Shown: piece by piece, positions 45,056 through 54,044 of the stretch
How the letters are laid out: the number at the start of each line of letters is the position of its first letter
Numbering within the stretch: position 1 is the first letter of the stretch
Assembly (NCBI GenBank): GCA_035457485.1
Contig: DATIBO010000006.1
Coordinates: forward strand, 818,659 to 882,658
Length of the DNA: 64,000 bases
Origin: Candidatus Saccharimonadales bacterium
GTDB lineage: Bacteria; Patescibacteriota; Saccharimonadia; Saccharimonadales; EFPC-124
Direction of reading: 5' to 3'
The notes under the pieces: generated by a model
The model's input: the letters and a program-made list of their open reading frames with translations, nothing else
Database searches by the model: none
What the model was told of the DNA's origin: nothing
Made by a program: the position numbers and the translations under genes

Positions 45056-45658
45056 CTAGCCCCACAAGCTTTTACCAAATTTCACAACAACCAGTACAAC
45101 CATTAATACCAGCCAGCTAGCAACAATCAGTTTATCGTAATCCTTTTTAAGAAGTTTTATGATTTTTGCGTGTGTATTTTTAGACAAATTAAATGTGTTC
45201 TCTAACAAGTTAAACCGCAAAAATGCGTCGAAGATTATTGTTGTTACTACAGTCACGAACAAGCACCACGGACACAAAACCTCAATAACATACACACTCT
45301 GAAAAAACAGCCAGTAGGCAAAAATCAGCCCGAGCAAAGCACCAATTTGGGCGCCAACCATAAACCAAGGTTTATAACGCGCGCCCGCCAAGTAACCGAT
45401 CGCCAAAGTTATAACTACTGGGTAGGCCATTAATCCAATAAACGGATTTGGAAATCCAAACAAGCTGGACTGCCAAGTTTTCATAACCGTTGCGCAGTTT
45501 AAAACTAAATTAACGGTGCAGCTTAAAATTGCGTCAGGCTGCATCAGTAAGTGGATCTTTTCTATCGATAAAACAAATGCCGCCGCCAATCCCACAAAAG
45601 CTGCTACGGCTATAGTTGTAAAAAGTGCATTATAATTGTTTGTTTGGTTCTGCGCCAT
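45056..45658 (-). CDS. Vitamin K epoxide reductase (VKOR) family membrane oxidoreductase
   Basis: Loop cysteine pair (SCTVNLVLNC) and CxxC in a TM helix (LCPWCLF). About 5 TMs. Start chosen at ATG 45658 (MAQNQTNNY...). Confidence 0.7.
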   Translation of the reverse strand: MAQNQTNNYNALFTTIAVAAFVGLAAAFVLSIEKIHLLMQPDAILSCTVNLVLNCATVMKTWQSSLFGFPNPFIGLMAYPVVITLAIGYLAGARYKPWFMVGAQIGALLGLIFAYWLFFQSVYVIEVLCPWCLFVTVVTTIIFDAFLRFNLLENTFNLSKNTHAKIIKLLKKDYDKLIVASWLVLMVVLVVVKFGKSLWG

Positions 45659-45932
45659 AAAGTTGCCTTTCATCTGTAACATAGTAACTAAGTTCGCTAA
45701 TTAACGGAAAATGTCCGCCGCGCCAACTGTTTTGCAGTCGGCCCTGATCGTCCATAACAATTATTGCCGGATATTCCATAATTTCGTAAAGCCGACACAA
45801 ATCAGCACCTTCGCGCGAATCTACATCTAAGATTGGCAGGTCATGCCCTGTTTGACTTTTAAAATCACGTAGAAAACTTTCTACCGCTGTGGCATGTTCG
45901 GAGTTAGGACGATACAAAACAAGCGTCTTCAT
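45630..45932 (-). CDS. Thioredoxin/glutaredoxin-fold-like small protein lacking the CxxC motif
   Basis: 100 aa. MKTLVLYRPNSEHA... has NSEH where a CxxC would sit after beta-1. It overlaps the VKOR start by 29 nt. The fold call comes from the sequence pattern only. Confidence 0.4.
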   Translation of the reverse strand: MKTLVLYRPNSEHATAVESFLRDFKSQTGHDLPILDVDSREGADLCRLYEIMEYPAIIVMDDQGRLQNSWRGGHFPLISELSYYVTDERQLYGAEPNKQL

Positions 45933-45966
45933 GCTTATACTTTATCTTTATTTGGGGTAAATAAAC

Positions 45967-45991
45967 AAGAGGCCGCACTTGGCGACCTCTT
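45967..45991 (-). terminator. Hairpin terminator after nrdJ
   Basis: On the minus strand, AAGAGGUCGC-CAAGU-GCGGCCUCUU is followed by GUUUAUUU. It lies 20 nt after the nrdJ stop. Confidence 0.6.
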
Positions 45992-46011
45992 TAGTTTACT
46001 TGTAGCCAATC

Positions 46012-48726
46012 TTAGCTACAACCGCTCGTACTACCGCAGACAGTGCATACGTAACAGCTGCCCGCACGCTGCGTGGTATTGCCGCAACTTGTGCATAAAG
46101 GTGATGTTTGTACACTTTTGCGATTTGCCGTAAGAGCTTCAGCCTTTACTTTTTTGGGCTCCTCGGGTAAAAAGCTAGTTTGCTCAGTCTCTACTTGTTT
46201 GTCCAACTCGTCAAAACTGGCAAGCCCAAGTTCTAGGCGATCGTCGAAGCTTAGGTAGTCTAGGGCTAAGCGCCTAAAGATATAGTCGATCAAACTTGTT
46301 GCAGTCTTAACTTCTGGGTCGTCGGTCATACCCGATGGCGCGAAGCTCATACTGCTCAGAGTTTTAACGTAGCTCTTTAGTGGTACGCCGTACTGCAAAC
46401 CATGGCTAACGCTAATTGCAAAGCTATCCATTAAACCACTTAGGGTTGAGCCTTGTTTGGAGACACGCACGAAAAGTTCTCCCGGAGTTCCGTCTTCATA
46501 TTCACCTACAGTTACAAAGCCCTTCATGTCAGAAACATGGAACTCATAAGTGCGGCTAGTGCGACGACTTGGAAGTTCGCGTTTTACGGCGCCAGCCTTT
46601 ACAACTAGCTGAGGTGAAGTTGGAGTTTCGACGGCTTTTTCTTCCTTCTTTTTGCCGCTTAATGGCTGAGCGACTTTGCAGTTATCTCGGTAAATTGCGA
46701 TCGCTTTGATGCCCAATTTCCAAGCGTCAGTGTGGAGTTGTTCAACTTCCTCGACCGTTACGCTTTCTGGCATGTTTACAGTTTTACTAATTGCACCACT
46801 AATAAACGGCTGAACGGCGCCCATCATTTTTACGTGACCTAAGTAGTGAATTGCATTGTCGCCAACTGCACAAGCAAAGGCGTCATAGTGTTCTTTTTTA
46901 AGATGTGGAGCGTCAAGAACGGATCCGTGTTCGTTGATATAGTCAACAATTTCGTCGCTTTGAGATTGGTTGTAGCCCAAAGTTTTTAGCGCGCGTGGAA
47001 TTGTTTGGTTAACAATTTTCATTGATCCGCCACCTACCAAAACTTTGTGCTTAACTAGGCTAAAATCTGGTTCAACGCCGGTGGTGTCGCAGTCCATCAT
47101 AAAACCAATAGTTCCCGTTGGAGCAAGCACGCTGGCCTGCGCGTTTCGTACGCCATATTCTTGGCCCAAGGCCACAGCTTCGTCCCAGGTGTCGGCGGCG
47201 GCGCTTAGTAGTTCTTCGCTAACCATGCCAGCATCAATTTTATTAACAGCGTCGCGGTGCTTGCGCAAAACGCGGTTCATACCAAGACTGTCCTTTGCAT
47301 ATCCGGCGAAAGGACCAACACGCTTAGCGATCTTTGCGCTAGTTGCGTAAGCATGTCCGGTCATTATGGCGGTAACGGCTGCGGCTTGAGCGCGGCCCTC
47401 GTCGCTGTCGTAGGCTAAACCTTGGGCCATTAACATTGCGCCCAAGTTCGCGTAGCCCATTCCAATTTGACGGAATGCGCGAGTGTTTTTATCGATACTC
47501 TCAGTTGGATATTCCGAGTAACCACACAAAATTTCTTGCGCCAAAAAGACCACTTCAACACTGTGCTTGTAAGCTGGAATGTCAAAAGTGCCGTCTTCTT
47601 TTAAGAATTTAAGCAAGTTTAGGCTGGCCAAGTTACACGCTGAGTTGTCTAGGTGCATGTATTCGGAACATGGGTTGCTACCGTTAATTCGGCCAGCTTT
47701 TGGTGTTGTGTGCCAGTCGTTAATCGTACCATCGTACTGCACACCAGGGTCGGCACACTCCCAAGAAGCTTGGGCGATCTGTCGCCACAAGTCGCGAGCT
47801 TTAAGAGTTTTGTAGACTTTTTTATCTTTTACACCAATTAAGTCCCAGTCTTGGTCGTTTTCTACAGCCTTCATAAACGCGTCTGTTACCCGAACTGAGT
47901 TGTTGGCATTTTGGTACTGGATCGAAACAGCATCTTCGCCGTTTAGGCTCATATCGAAACCGTTGTCTCGTAGTACTCGGATCTTACGTTCTTCGCGTGC
48001 TTTACACCAAATGAATTTTTCTACATCTGGATGGTCAATGTTTAAAATCACCATCTTTGCAGCACGGCGAGTTTTACCACCGCTTGCAATTGTGCCGGCG
48101 CTGGAGTCAGCGCCACGCATAAAGCTAACTGGACCGCTGGCCTTGCCATTACTGCCGCTTAGACGTTCGTAGCTCGAACGCAAGTTGCTTAGGTTTAAGC
48201 CGGCGCCAGAACCGCCTTTAAAAATCATACCTTCTTCACGGTACCAGTTTAAAATCGAAGGCAGAGTGTCTTCAACTTTTAAGATAAAACAAGCACTAGC
48301 CTGCTGCCTCCGACCAGTCGCACCAATGTTAAACCAAACCGGGCTGTTAAAAGCTGCTCGCTGAGTAGCTAAAATGTATTTTAGCTCATCGTTAAATGTG
48401 TCGGCCTCGGCCTCATCAATAAAATAGCCTTGCTCGTAGCCATATTTGGTAATCGTATCGGCAACACGATCAACTAATTGGCGCAAAGATTTTTCCCGTT
48501 CTTCAGTGCCGGGTGTGCCCCAAAAATATTTTTGAGCAACAATGTTAATTGCGTTTAAGGACCAACTCTCGGGGAATTCTACGCCTTTTTGTTCAAAGAC
48601 AACTTTTCCGGTCGCTGGGTTTATAATTTGCGCATCACGTTTTACCCAATTTAACGCGTCGTAAGGGCTCGTGCCCTCATCTGTAAAATAGCGACCTAGC
48701 GCCAATGTGGCAGTTACATCCGCCAT
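46012..48726 (-). CDS. nrdJ: Class II (adenosylcobalamin-dependent) ribonucleotide reductase
   Basis: 904 aa. The active-site region is SNPCSEYMHLDNSACNLASLNL. The Cys-rich C-terminal tail is CTSCGNTTQRAGSCYVCTVCGSTSGCS. AAGGAGGGG SD. Confidence 0.85.
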   Translation of the reverse strand: MADVTATLALGRYFTDEGTSPYDALNWVKRDAQIINPATGKVVFEQKGVEFPESWSLNAINIVAQKYFWGTPGTEEREKSLRQLVDRVADTITKYGYEQGYFIDEAEADTFNDELKYILATQRAAFNSPVWFNIGATGRRQQASACFILKVEDTLPSILNWYREEGMIFKGGSGAGLNLSNLRSSYERLSGSNGKASGPVSFMRGADSSAGTIASGGKTRRAAKMVILNIDHPDVEKFIWCKAREERKIRVLRDNGFDMSLNGEDAVSIQYQNANNSVRVTDAFMKAVENDQDWDLIGVKDKKVYKTLKARDLWRQIAQASWECADPGVQYDGTINDWHTTPKAGRINGSNPCSEYMHLDNSACNLASLNLLKFLKEDGTFDIPAYKHSVEVVFLAQEILCGYSEYPTESIDKNTRAFRQIGMGYANLGAMLMAQGLAYDSDEGRAQAAAVTAIMTGHAYATSAKIAKRVGPFAGYAKDSLGMNRVLRKHRDAVNKIDAGMVSEELLSAAADTWDEAVALGQEYGVRNAQASVLAPTGTIGFMMDCDTTGVEPDFSLVKHKVLVGGGSMKIVNQTIPRALKTLGYNQSQSDEIVDYINEHGSVLDAPHLKKEHYDAFACAVGDNAIHYLGHVKMMGAVQPFISGAISKTVNMPESVTVEEVEQLHTDAWKLGIKAIAIYRDNCKVAQPLSGKKKEEKAVETPTSPQLVVKAGAVKRELPSRRTSRTYEFHVSDMKGFVTVGEYEDGTPGELFVRVSKQGSTLSGLMDSFAISVSHGLQYGVPLKSYVKTLSSMSFAPSGMTDDPEVKTATSLIDYIFRRLALDYLSFDDRLELGLASFDELDKQVETEQTSFLPEEPKKVKAEALTANRKSVQTSPLCTSCGNTTQRAGSCYVCTVCGSTSGCS

Positions 48727-48839
48727 AGTTTTAATCCCCTCCTTAGTTTTTGAATGATTTTAGTTTTAAAGTCCCGAAAGCCTCCCAAAGCCACGGTGCT
48801 TATTTTTATTTTTGCACCACACGCCAGTTCGTGCAAGAC

Positions 48840-49301
48840 CTATTTTTGGCTAGCGGACTTTATGATTTTAAGCTCTCGCTCAAAACTGTCGACATCGGTA
48901 AAACAGCGGTACACACTTGCGAAACGGACATACGCCACCTGGCTAAATTTCGCCAGGATACTCATAGCGATTTCGCCGATTTTGTGTGTTGTAATTTCTG
49001 TGTCTGCCTTGTCGTAGATCGCTTTTTCGATTTGGCTAACTAGATCCTCGAATTGTTCACCATCGATCGTGGTTTTTTCGCACGCTCGTTGCAGTCCTGA
49101 AACTAGTTTCGCTCTATCGTAAAGCTGCCTGGTACCGTCTTTTTTGACAACCACCAAGCTTGGCCTTTCTAACCGTTCGTAAGTTGTGTAGCGATGCTTA
49201 CACGCTAAGCATTCACGACGTCTGCGAATACTTTCCCCAGATACAACATCTCGCGATTCTACAACTTTACTCTCGGCGTTCTGACAATTTGGACACTTCA
49301 T
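48840..49301 (-). CDS. nrdR: Transcriptional repressor NrdR
   Basis: Zinc ribbon MKCPNC...CLACKHRYTTYE followed by an ATP-cone domain. Start chosen at ATG 49301. Confidence 0.9.
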   Translation of the reverse strand: MKCPNCQNAESKVVESRDVVSGESIRRRRECLACKHRYTTYERLERPSLVVVKKDGTRQLYDRAKLVSGLQRACEKTTIDGEQFEDLVSQIEKAIYDKADTEITTHKIGEIAMSILAKFSQVAYVRFASVYRCFTDVDSFERELKIIKSASQK

Positions 49302-49441
49302 TTTTAACCCCCGTCCCAAAATTTGGGCTACCGACCTCTACGCTACAACCCTCCAGGCAGCGTAGCTAAGTACTAGAATAACCCTATATATGGCACGCGC
49401 GCAATGGTGATAAACACAACATGCAGCGTACTGTGCAAAAC

Positions 49442-50644
49442 TTAAGCTTCTTCTTCAGCCTGTTTCTTTTTTCGTCGCAAAAACGCAGGAGTATCACCAT
49501 CGTCGTATTGCCAGATGCTTTTTGGTTCTTCATCTTTAGTAAAGTCCGCGGCAACTTCCTGGCTTTTATCTAAATCCATATCCAGGCTGCCCATCTCTTC
49601 TTCGGCGACTTCCGGAGTTTCGTCTTTAACTTCTTCTTCGGCCTGCCTCTCGAAGCCCGGCAAGGCGTTCGCTTTCTGCCTAAAGTAGGCGGAATCAAAA
49701 CCTGTAGCTATCACTGTAATAATTAACTCGTCTTCAAGCTCCGGCTTTAATGTAGCACCGAAAATTATGTTGGCATCTGGAGCTACAGCGTTTGTAATAA
49801 CTTCGGCGGCTTCATTGATTTCATGCATCGACATGTCATAGCCACCAGCAATACTAAACAGAACACCTCGAGCACCATCAATTGATACCTCAAGTAGTGG
49901 CGACTCGATCGCTTGTTGAGCTGCCATGACCGCACGGTTCTCGCCGCTAGCACGACCAATACCCATAAGCGCTGAACCAGCGTTTTGCATGATGGTTTTT
50001 ACGTCTGCGAAGTCTAGGTTAATTAAACCGTGCTCGGTAATAAGCTCTGAAATCCCCTGGACACCTTGGCGCAAAACATCGTCAGCGATCTTGAAGGTTT
50101 CAAGTAAAGGGGTTCTCTTATCAATAGTTTGAAGCAGTCGATCGTTAGGAATAGTAATCAGAGTGTCAACGTGCTGACCAAGCTGACTAATTGCCCATTC
50201 AGCGTTTTGACGACGTTTTTCGCCTTCAAAACTAAAGGGCTTAGTTACTACGCCAACCGTTAAGATACCCATCTCGCGAGCAATTTGCGCAACAACATGA
50301 CCCGCGCCACTACCTGTTCCACCGCCAGCGCCTAGGGTGATAAACAGCAGATCTGTCCCCTGTAAAGATTTTTTAAGGTCTTCTAAGCTTTCTTCGGCCG
50401 CTCTTTGACCAACAGTCGGATCGGCGCCTGCCCCCAAACCCCTAGTAGTACCTTTGCCGATATGTATTTTTGTTGAGGCTTTTGAATTATGCAAAGCCTG
50501 TGCGTCAGTGTTTGCGGCAATAAATTGCACGCTCTGCATACCTGCGTCGGCCATGCGATTAACAGCTGAGCCGCCTGCCCCACCCACACCTATTACTTTG
50601 ATTGTTGCGAATGTTTGTATGTCTGCTGGTTTTACTTCTGGCAT
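49442..50644 (-). CDS. ftsZ: Cell division GTPase FtsZ
   Basis: Tubulin signature GGGTGSGAG. Acidic linker and a C-terminal [10 protein letters not shown] peptide. Confidence 0.95.
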   Translation of the reverse strand: MPEVKPADIQTFATIKVIGVGGAGGSAVNRMADAGMQSVQFIAANTDAQALHNSKASTKIHIGKGTTRGLGAGADPTVGQRAAEESLEDLKKSLQGTDLLFITLGAGGGTGSGAGHVVAQIAREMGILTVGVVTKPFSFEGEKRRQNAEWAISQLGQHVDTLITIPNDRLLQTIDKRTPLLETFKIADDVLRQGVQGISELITEHGLINLDFADVKTIMQNAGSALMGIGRASGENRAVMAAQQAIESPLLEVSIDGARGVLFSIAGGYDMSMHEINEAAEVITNAVAPDANIIFGATLKPELEDELIITVIATGFDSAYFRQKANALPGFERQAEEEVKDETPEVAEEEMGSLDMDLDKSQEVAADFTKDEEPKSIWQYDDGDTPAFLRRKKKQAEEEA

Positions 50645-50747
50645 CTAAAATGTCCCCTGTGTTCACATTTAGTATACACATGTTTGTCGGCCAAACCAAA
50701 TGTTTATTCGCAATTTTTTCCCAAAATTTTTGGCTTATTTTTGCAGA

Positions 50748-52013
50748 CTAGGGCTTGAACCGCCTCATAAAATCACCCGCGGAATTGAACAATTTTCCGA
50801 ACATTTTGCTACCAGCGTCAAAAGAATTTTTACCTTTTGGTGATTTGTGGCGAGGCTTCGAGCTTTCCAAGTCAATCAACATTAGCCCGAGCGCAGTTGC
50901 AAAATCGGGTTTTGCAACTTTGTCACTCATACCATTTATACTGCTGATGTGTGCGACCCGAGCCGGCAAGCGTAGGCGATCTTTTGCATAATCAGCTATA
51001 TGCGTTAAATTAGCACCCGCACCTGTAAGCACGACGCCGCCTGGTAGCTTACCGGACTTATCTATACTTCGCAGCTCTTTGTCGATCATCTCAAAAATCT
51101 CATCAAGGCGTGCCTCGACGATCATCTTAATATCTTTGGCACTAAATTCTACTTTTTTATCACCTTGAACATATTCAATGTTTTTGATCCTATCTTTACT
51201 TACTGTTAGGACTTTTGAAACGTGCTGCAGTTTTAGATCTTCCGCAATATCAAGGTCAGTTCTTAAACCTATCGCCAAGTCGTTGGTAATATTTACGCTA
51301 CCGACCGGTAAAATCGATAGATGCTGTAGGTCGCCTTCTTCGTAAACTACGATTTGAGTCGTCGTCCCACCAAAATCAACAATAGCAACACCGTTCTCCA
51401 TTTGCTGATTAGTCACCACCGCTTTTGCAGCCGCGAGTCCAGCGACCACCACATTATTTACGGCAGTTTGAGTCATCTCCAAACTCTTTAATAAGTTCTT
51501 AATATTAGGACCTAGTGCCGTTACAACATGCGCATCAACTTCTAAACGAACGCCGCTCATTCCAATTGGATCTTTTATATTAGTCTGATCATCCAGAGTA
51601 TAGCTACGCGGAGTAACTTGCAAAATTTCACGATTAGCTGGCAGCTGAACAACGGTGGCAGCTTCGCCTACTCGAGCGATATCTTCATCAGTAATCTCAT
51701 TATTTTGCGAATTAACAGCCACAACACCTTTTGAGCTCATAGCCATTATGTGAGAACCGTTCACACTCACCGAGGCTGATCCAACTTGATGTCCAGACAT
51801 TCGTTCGGCTTCTTCAAGCGCTTTGTCGATTGCGTGGGCAGTGTCAACTATGTTAACAACGGAGCCTTTACGCATTCCGTTATTTGGCGCTACGCCAACT
51901 CCAATAATTGTTGCCCCGGATTTAGAATCGTCTAAATGTCCGATGACACATCTTACGTGCGTGGTCCCTACATCTATACCCACGCCATAACGCGTTATTT
52001 CTTGCATGAGCAT
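50748..52013 (-). CDS. ftsA: Cell division protein FtsA
   Basis: Actin-fold phosphate motifs GIDVGTTHVRCV and DFGGTTTQ. It lies upstream of ftsZ. The start may be 52007. Confidence 0.85.
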   Translation of the reverse strand: MLMQEITRYGVGIDVGTTHVRCVIGHLDDSKSGATIIGVGVAPNNGMRKGSVVNIVDTAHAIDKALEEAERMSGHQVGSASVSVNGSHIMAMSSKGVVAVNSQNNEITDEDIARVGEAATVVQLPANREILQVTPRSYTLDDQTNIKDPIGMSGVRLEVDAHVVTALGPNIKNLLKSLEMTQTAVNNVVVAGLAAAKAVVTNQQMENGVAIVDFGGTTTQIVVYEEGDLQHLSILPVGSVNITNDLAIGLRTDLDIAEDLKLQHVSKVLTVSKDRIKNIEYVQGDKKVEFSAKDIKMIVEARLDEIFEMIDKELRSIDKSGKLPGGVVLTGAGANLTHIADYAKDRLRLPARVAHISSINGMSDKVAKPDFATALGLMLIDLESSKPRHKSPKGKNSFDAGSKMFGKLFNSAGDFMRRFKP

Positions 52014-52052
52014 TAGTATAACGTTTATGCTCTACTTCGCGCAATCTTTTTG

Positions 52053-52805
52053 TTAGCGTTCAGTTAAAATTTCAAATCCATCGTCGGTAATTAAAACCGT
52101 GTGTTCAAAGTGCGCAGCTAAGGTTTCGTCTAAGGTCCTTACCGTCCAGCCATCCTGGTCTATAACAACACGGCTTCCACCCAGCGTAGCCATTGGCTCA
52201 ATAGCAATTGTCATACCTGTTTTTAGCACTGGACCAACACCTGAAGATCCATAGTTCGGAATGTTTGGGTCCTCATGAACTTCATGACCAACTCCGTGAC
52301 CAACTAAATCTTTAACAATTCCGAGACTCGCTGCGTCCAGAACTTTTTGGATAGCCAAACCAATGTCACCAGTTCGAACGCCGTTTTTGACTTGTTCGAT
52401 TCCCGCATACATTGCGCGCTCAGTTTGTTTTAATAATTTTTCGGTTTGTGGAGTTGTTTTGCCGCCAATTGCTAGGCTTAACGCACTGTCGGTAATCATT
52501 CCTTTATATGTAACACCAAAATCAAAACCAACAATGTCCCCATCTTTAAATGTTTTATCGTCTGGAATTCCGTGAACTACCGCATCGTTCACCGATATAC
52601 AAATAACATCCGGGAAGCCCATATATCCATAAAAGCTAGCTGTGCCACCCATAGCCTTTAATTCACGCTTGGCAATCTGCGAGACTTCTTTACCTGTCAT
52701 GCCTGAACCCACCGATTGTTCGATGGTTTTTAGCACGTGAGCTAAGATTCTTCCGCTTTCGCGCATAGCCACGATTTCTGACTCTGTCTTTACACGAGTG
52801 AACAC
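52053..52805 (-). CDS. map: Methionine aminopeptidase, type I
   Basis: Metal ligand context is GDIVGFDFG...TDSA, HGVGHEVHE and IEP. Confidence 0.9.
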   Translation of the reverse strand: MFTRVKTESEIVAMRESGRILAHVLKTIEQSVGSGMTGKEVSQIAKRELKAMGGTASFYGYMGFPDVICISVNDAVVHGIPDDKTFKDGDIVGFDFGVTYKGMITDSALSLAIGGKTTPQTEKLLKQTERAMYAGIEQVKNGVRTGDIGLAIQKVLDAASLGIVKDLVGHGVGHEVHEDPNIPNYGSSGVGPVLKTGMTIAIEPMATLGGSRVVIDQDGWTVRTLDETLAAHFEHTVLITDDGFEILTER

Positions 52806-53335
52806 AATTTTAACTCCGATTCGATTCTATCATGCACTTGGCCAACGGTACCTGTACCATTTATGTGAACAATCGGTATATGTAGCTCATTAAAGTAAGC
52901 TAGTATTGGATAGATCTCTTTACGATAAATTTGCAATCGTTGATTTATAATTTCTGCCGTATCGTCGCTGCGCCCACGAATTTCCAAACGGTGCAAAAGC
53001 TCCTCACGTGGCACTTCAAGAACAACAACCAGCCCAATCGATCGTTGATGTTCCGGCTGCGTTTCAATCAACCATTTTGCCTGGCCAAGCTCGCGGGGGT
53101 AGCCGTCCAAAATAACATGCGGAATGTCTTTAGCTTTGATTAATGCTTCTCTAACAATTTCATTCACTTTATCAAATTTAACTAGCCCGCCCGTGCTCAT
53201 CTGTTGATGCACCTCTACATCATGCGAGTCACGCAAAAGCTGACCAGCCGAAAGCCATCGCCACCCAAATCTAGCCGCTAAAATCTGGCCCTGCACACTT
53301 TTACCTGCACCAGCCGGACCAAAAAATATTACCAC
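52790..53335 (-). CDS. adk: Adenylate kinase (short, lid-less form)
   Basis: P-loop GPAGAGKS. 181 aa with no Cys4 lid. Overlaps map by 16 nt. Confidence 0.8.
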   Translation of the reverse strand: MVIFFGPAGAGKSVQGQILAARFGWRWLSAGQLLRDSHDVEVHQQMSTGGLVKFDKVNEIVREALIKAKDIPHVILDGYPRELGQAKWLIETQPEHQRSIGLVVVLEVPREELLHRLEIRGRSDDTAEIINQRLQIYRKEIYPILAYFNELHIPIVHINGTGTVGQVHDRIESELKLCSLV

Positions 53336-53339
53336 CTAC

Positions 53340-53786
53340 CTACCCCAGTCTAGATTTTACAATTGCCGCAACACGACTACCGTCAGCGGATGTGCCAACT
53401 TTAGATTTAACCGCACCAATAACCTGACCCATTTGCGCATTATCACCAAAACCTGTTATAACTTCGTCAACCACGGCGCCGAGTTCTTCATCGCTAAGTT
53501 GCTTAGGTAGGTATTCTTCGATAATTTGTTTTTCTTTTAGTTCAGTCGCGGCGCGCTCTTCTTCGCCGGCCTTTTTGTAAAGCTCGGCACTCTCGCCCCG
53601 TTTTTTGGCTTCGCGAGCTAAAACAACCTCAATTTTGTCTTCAGACAAGCCTTCTTCGCGGACTTTTTGTGCAACTTCTTCGTATAAAATTGCACTTTTG
53701 ATACTTTTAAGAACTTCTGCTTTTGTTTTATCGCCAGCAAGAAGTGCGGTTTTAATGTCTGCGTTGAGCTTGTCCTTTAGTGACAT
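53340..53786 (-). CDS. GatB/YqeY domain protein
   Basis: MSLKDKLNADIKTALLAGDKTKAEVLKSIKSAI... is typical of YqeY. It lies downstream of rpsU. Confidence 0.8.
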   Translation of the reverse strand: MSLKDKLNADIKTALLAGDKTKAEVLKSIKSAILYEEVAQKVREEGLSEDKIEVVLAREAKKRGESAELYKKAGEEERAATELKEKQIIEEYLPKQLSDEELGAVVDEVITGFGDNAQMGQVIGAVKSKVGTSADGSRVAAIVKSRLG

Positions 53787-54001
53787 TAGCGGACGCCCAA
53801 ACGAATTCGTTTAAGCTTATCTGCTTTGCGGGCTTTACGAACGATCGCACGAGCGCGGCGTTCGCGTTTGCTGAGAGGCTTTTCGAAATATTGAAGCTCT
53901 TTAACTTGAGCTAAAATACCAGATTGCTGCACCTTACGAGTAAAGCGGCGAATTAGGTTCTCATTTGCTTCTTGTGTGTCTTTACGAGTTACTTGAATCA
54001 T
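53786..54001 (-). CDS. rpsU: 30S ribosomal protein S21
   Basis: 71 aa and basic, with ...LIRRFTRKVQQSGIL...KPLSKRERRARA. Confidence 0.85.
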   Translation of the reverse strand: MIQVTRKDTQEANENLIRRFTRKVQQSGILAQVKELQYFEKPLSKRERRARAIVRKARKADKLKRIRLGVR

Positions 54002-54044
54002 ACGTGATTACTTTATCAGATCAGGGGAGAACATGCAATAGATT

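Noticed and set aside
49382-49393. CCATATATAGGG as an NrdR box upstream of nrdR
   Set aside because: This is only a partial palindrome, and no second box occurs at the expected ~31-bp spacing. It is kept only as a weak note inside the nrdR-nrdJ finding.
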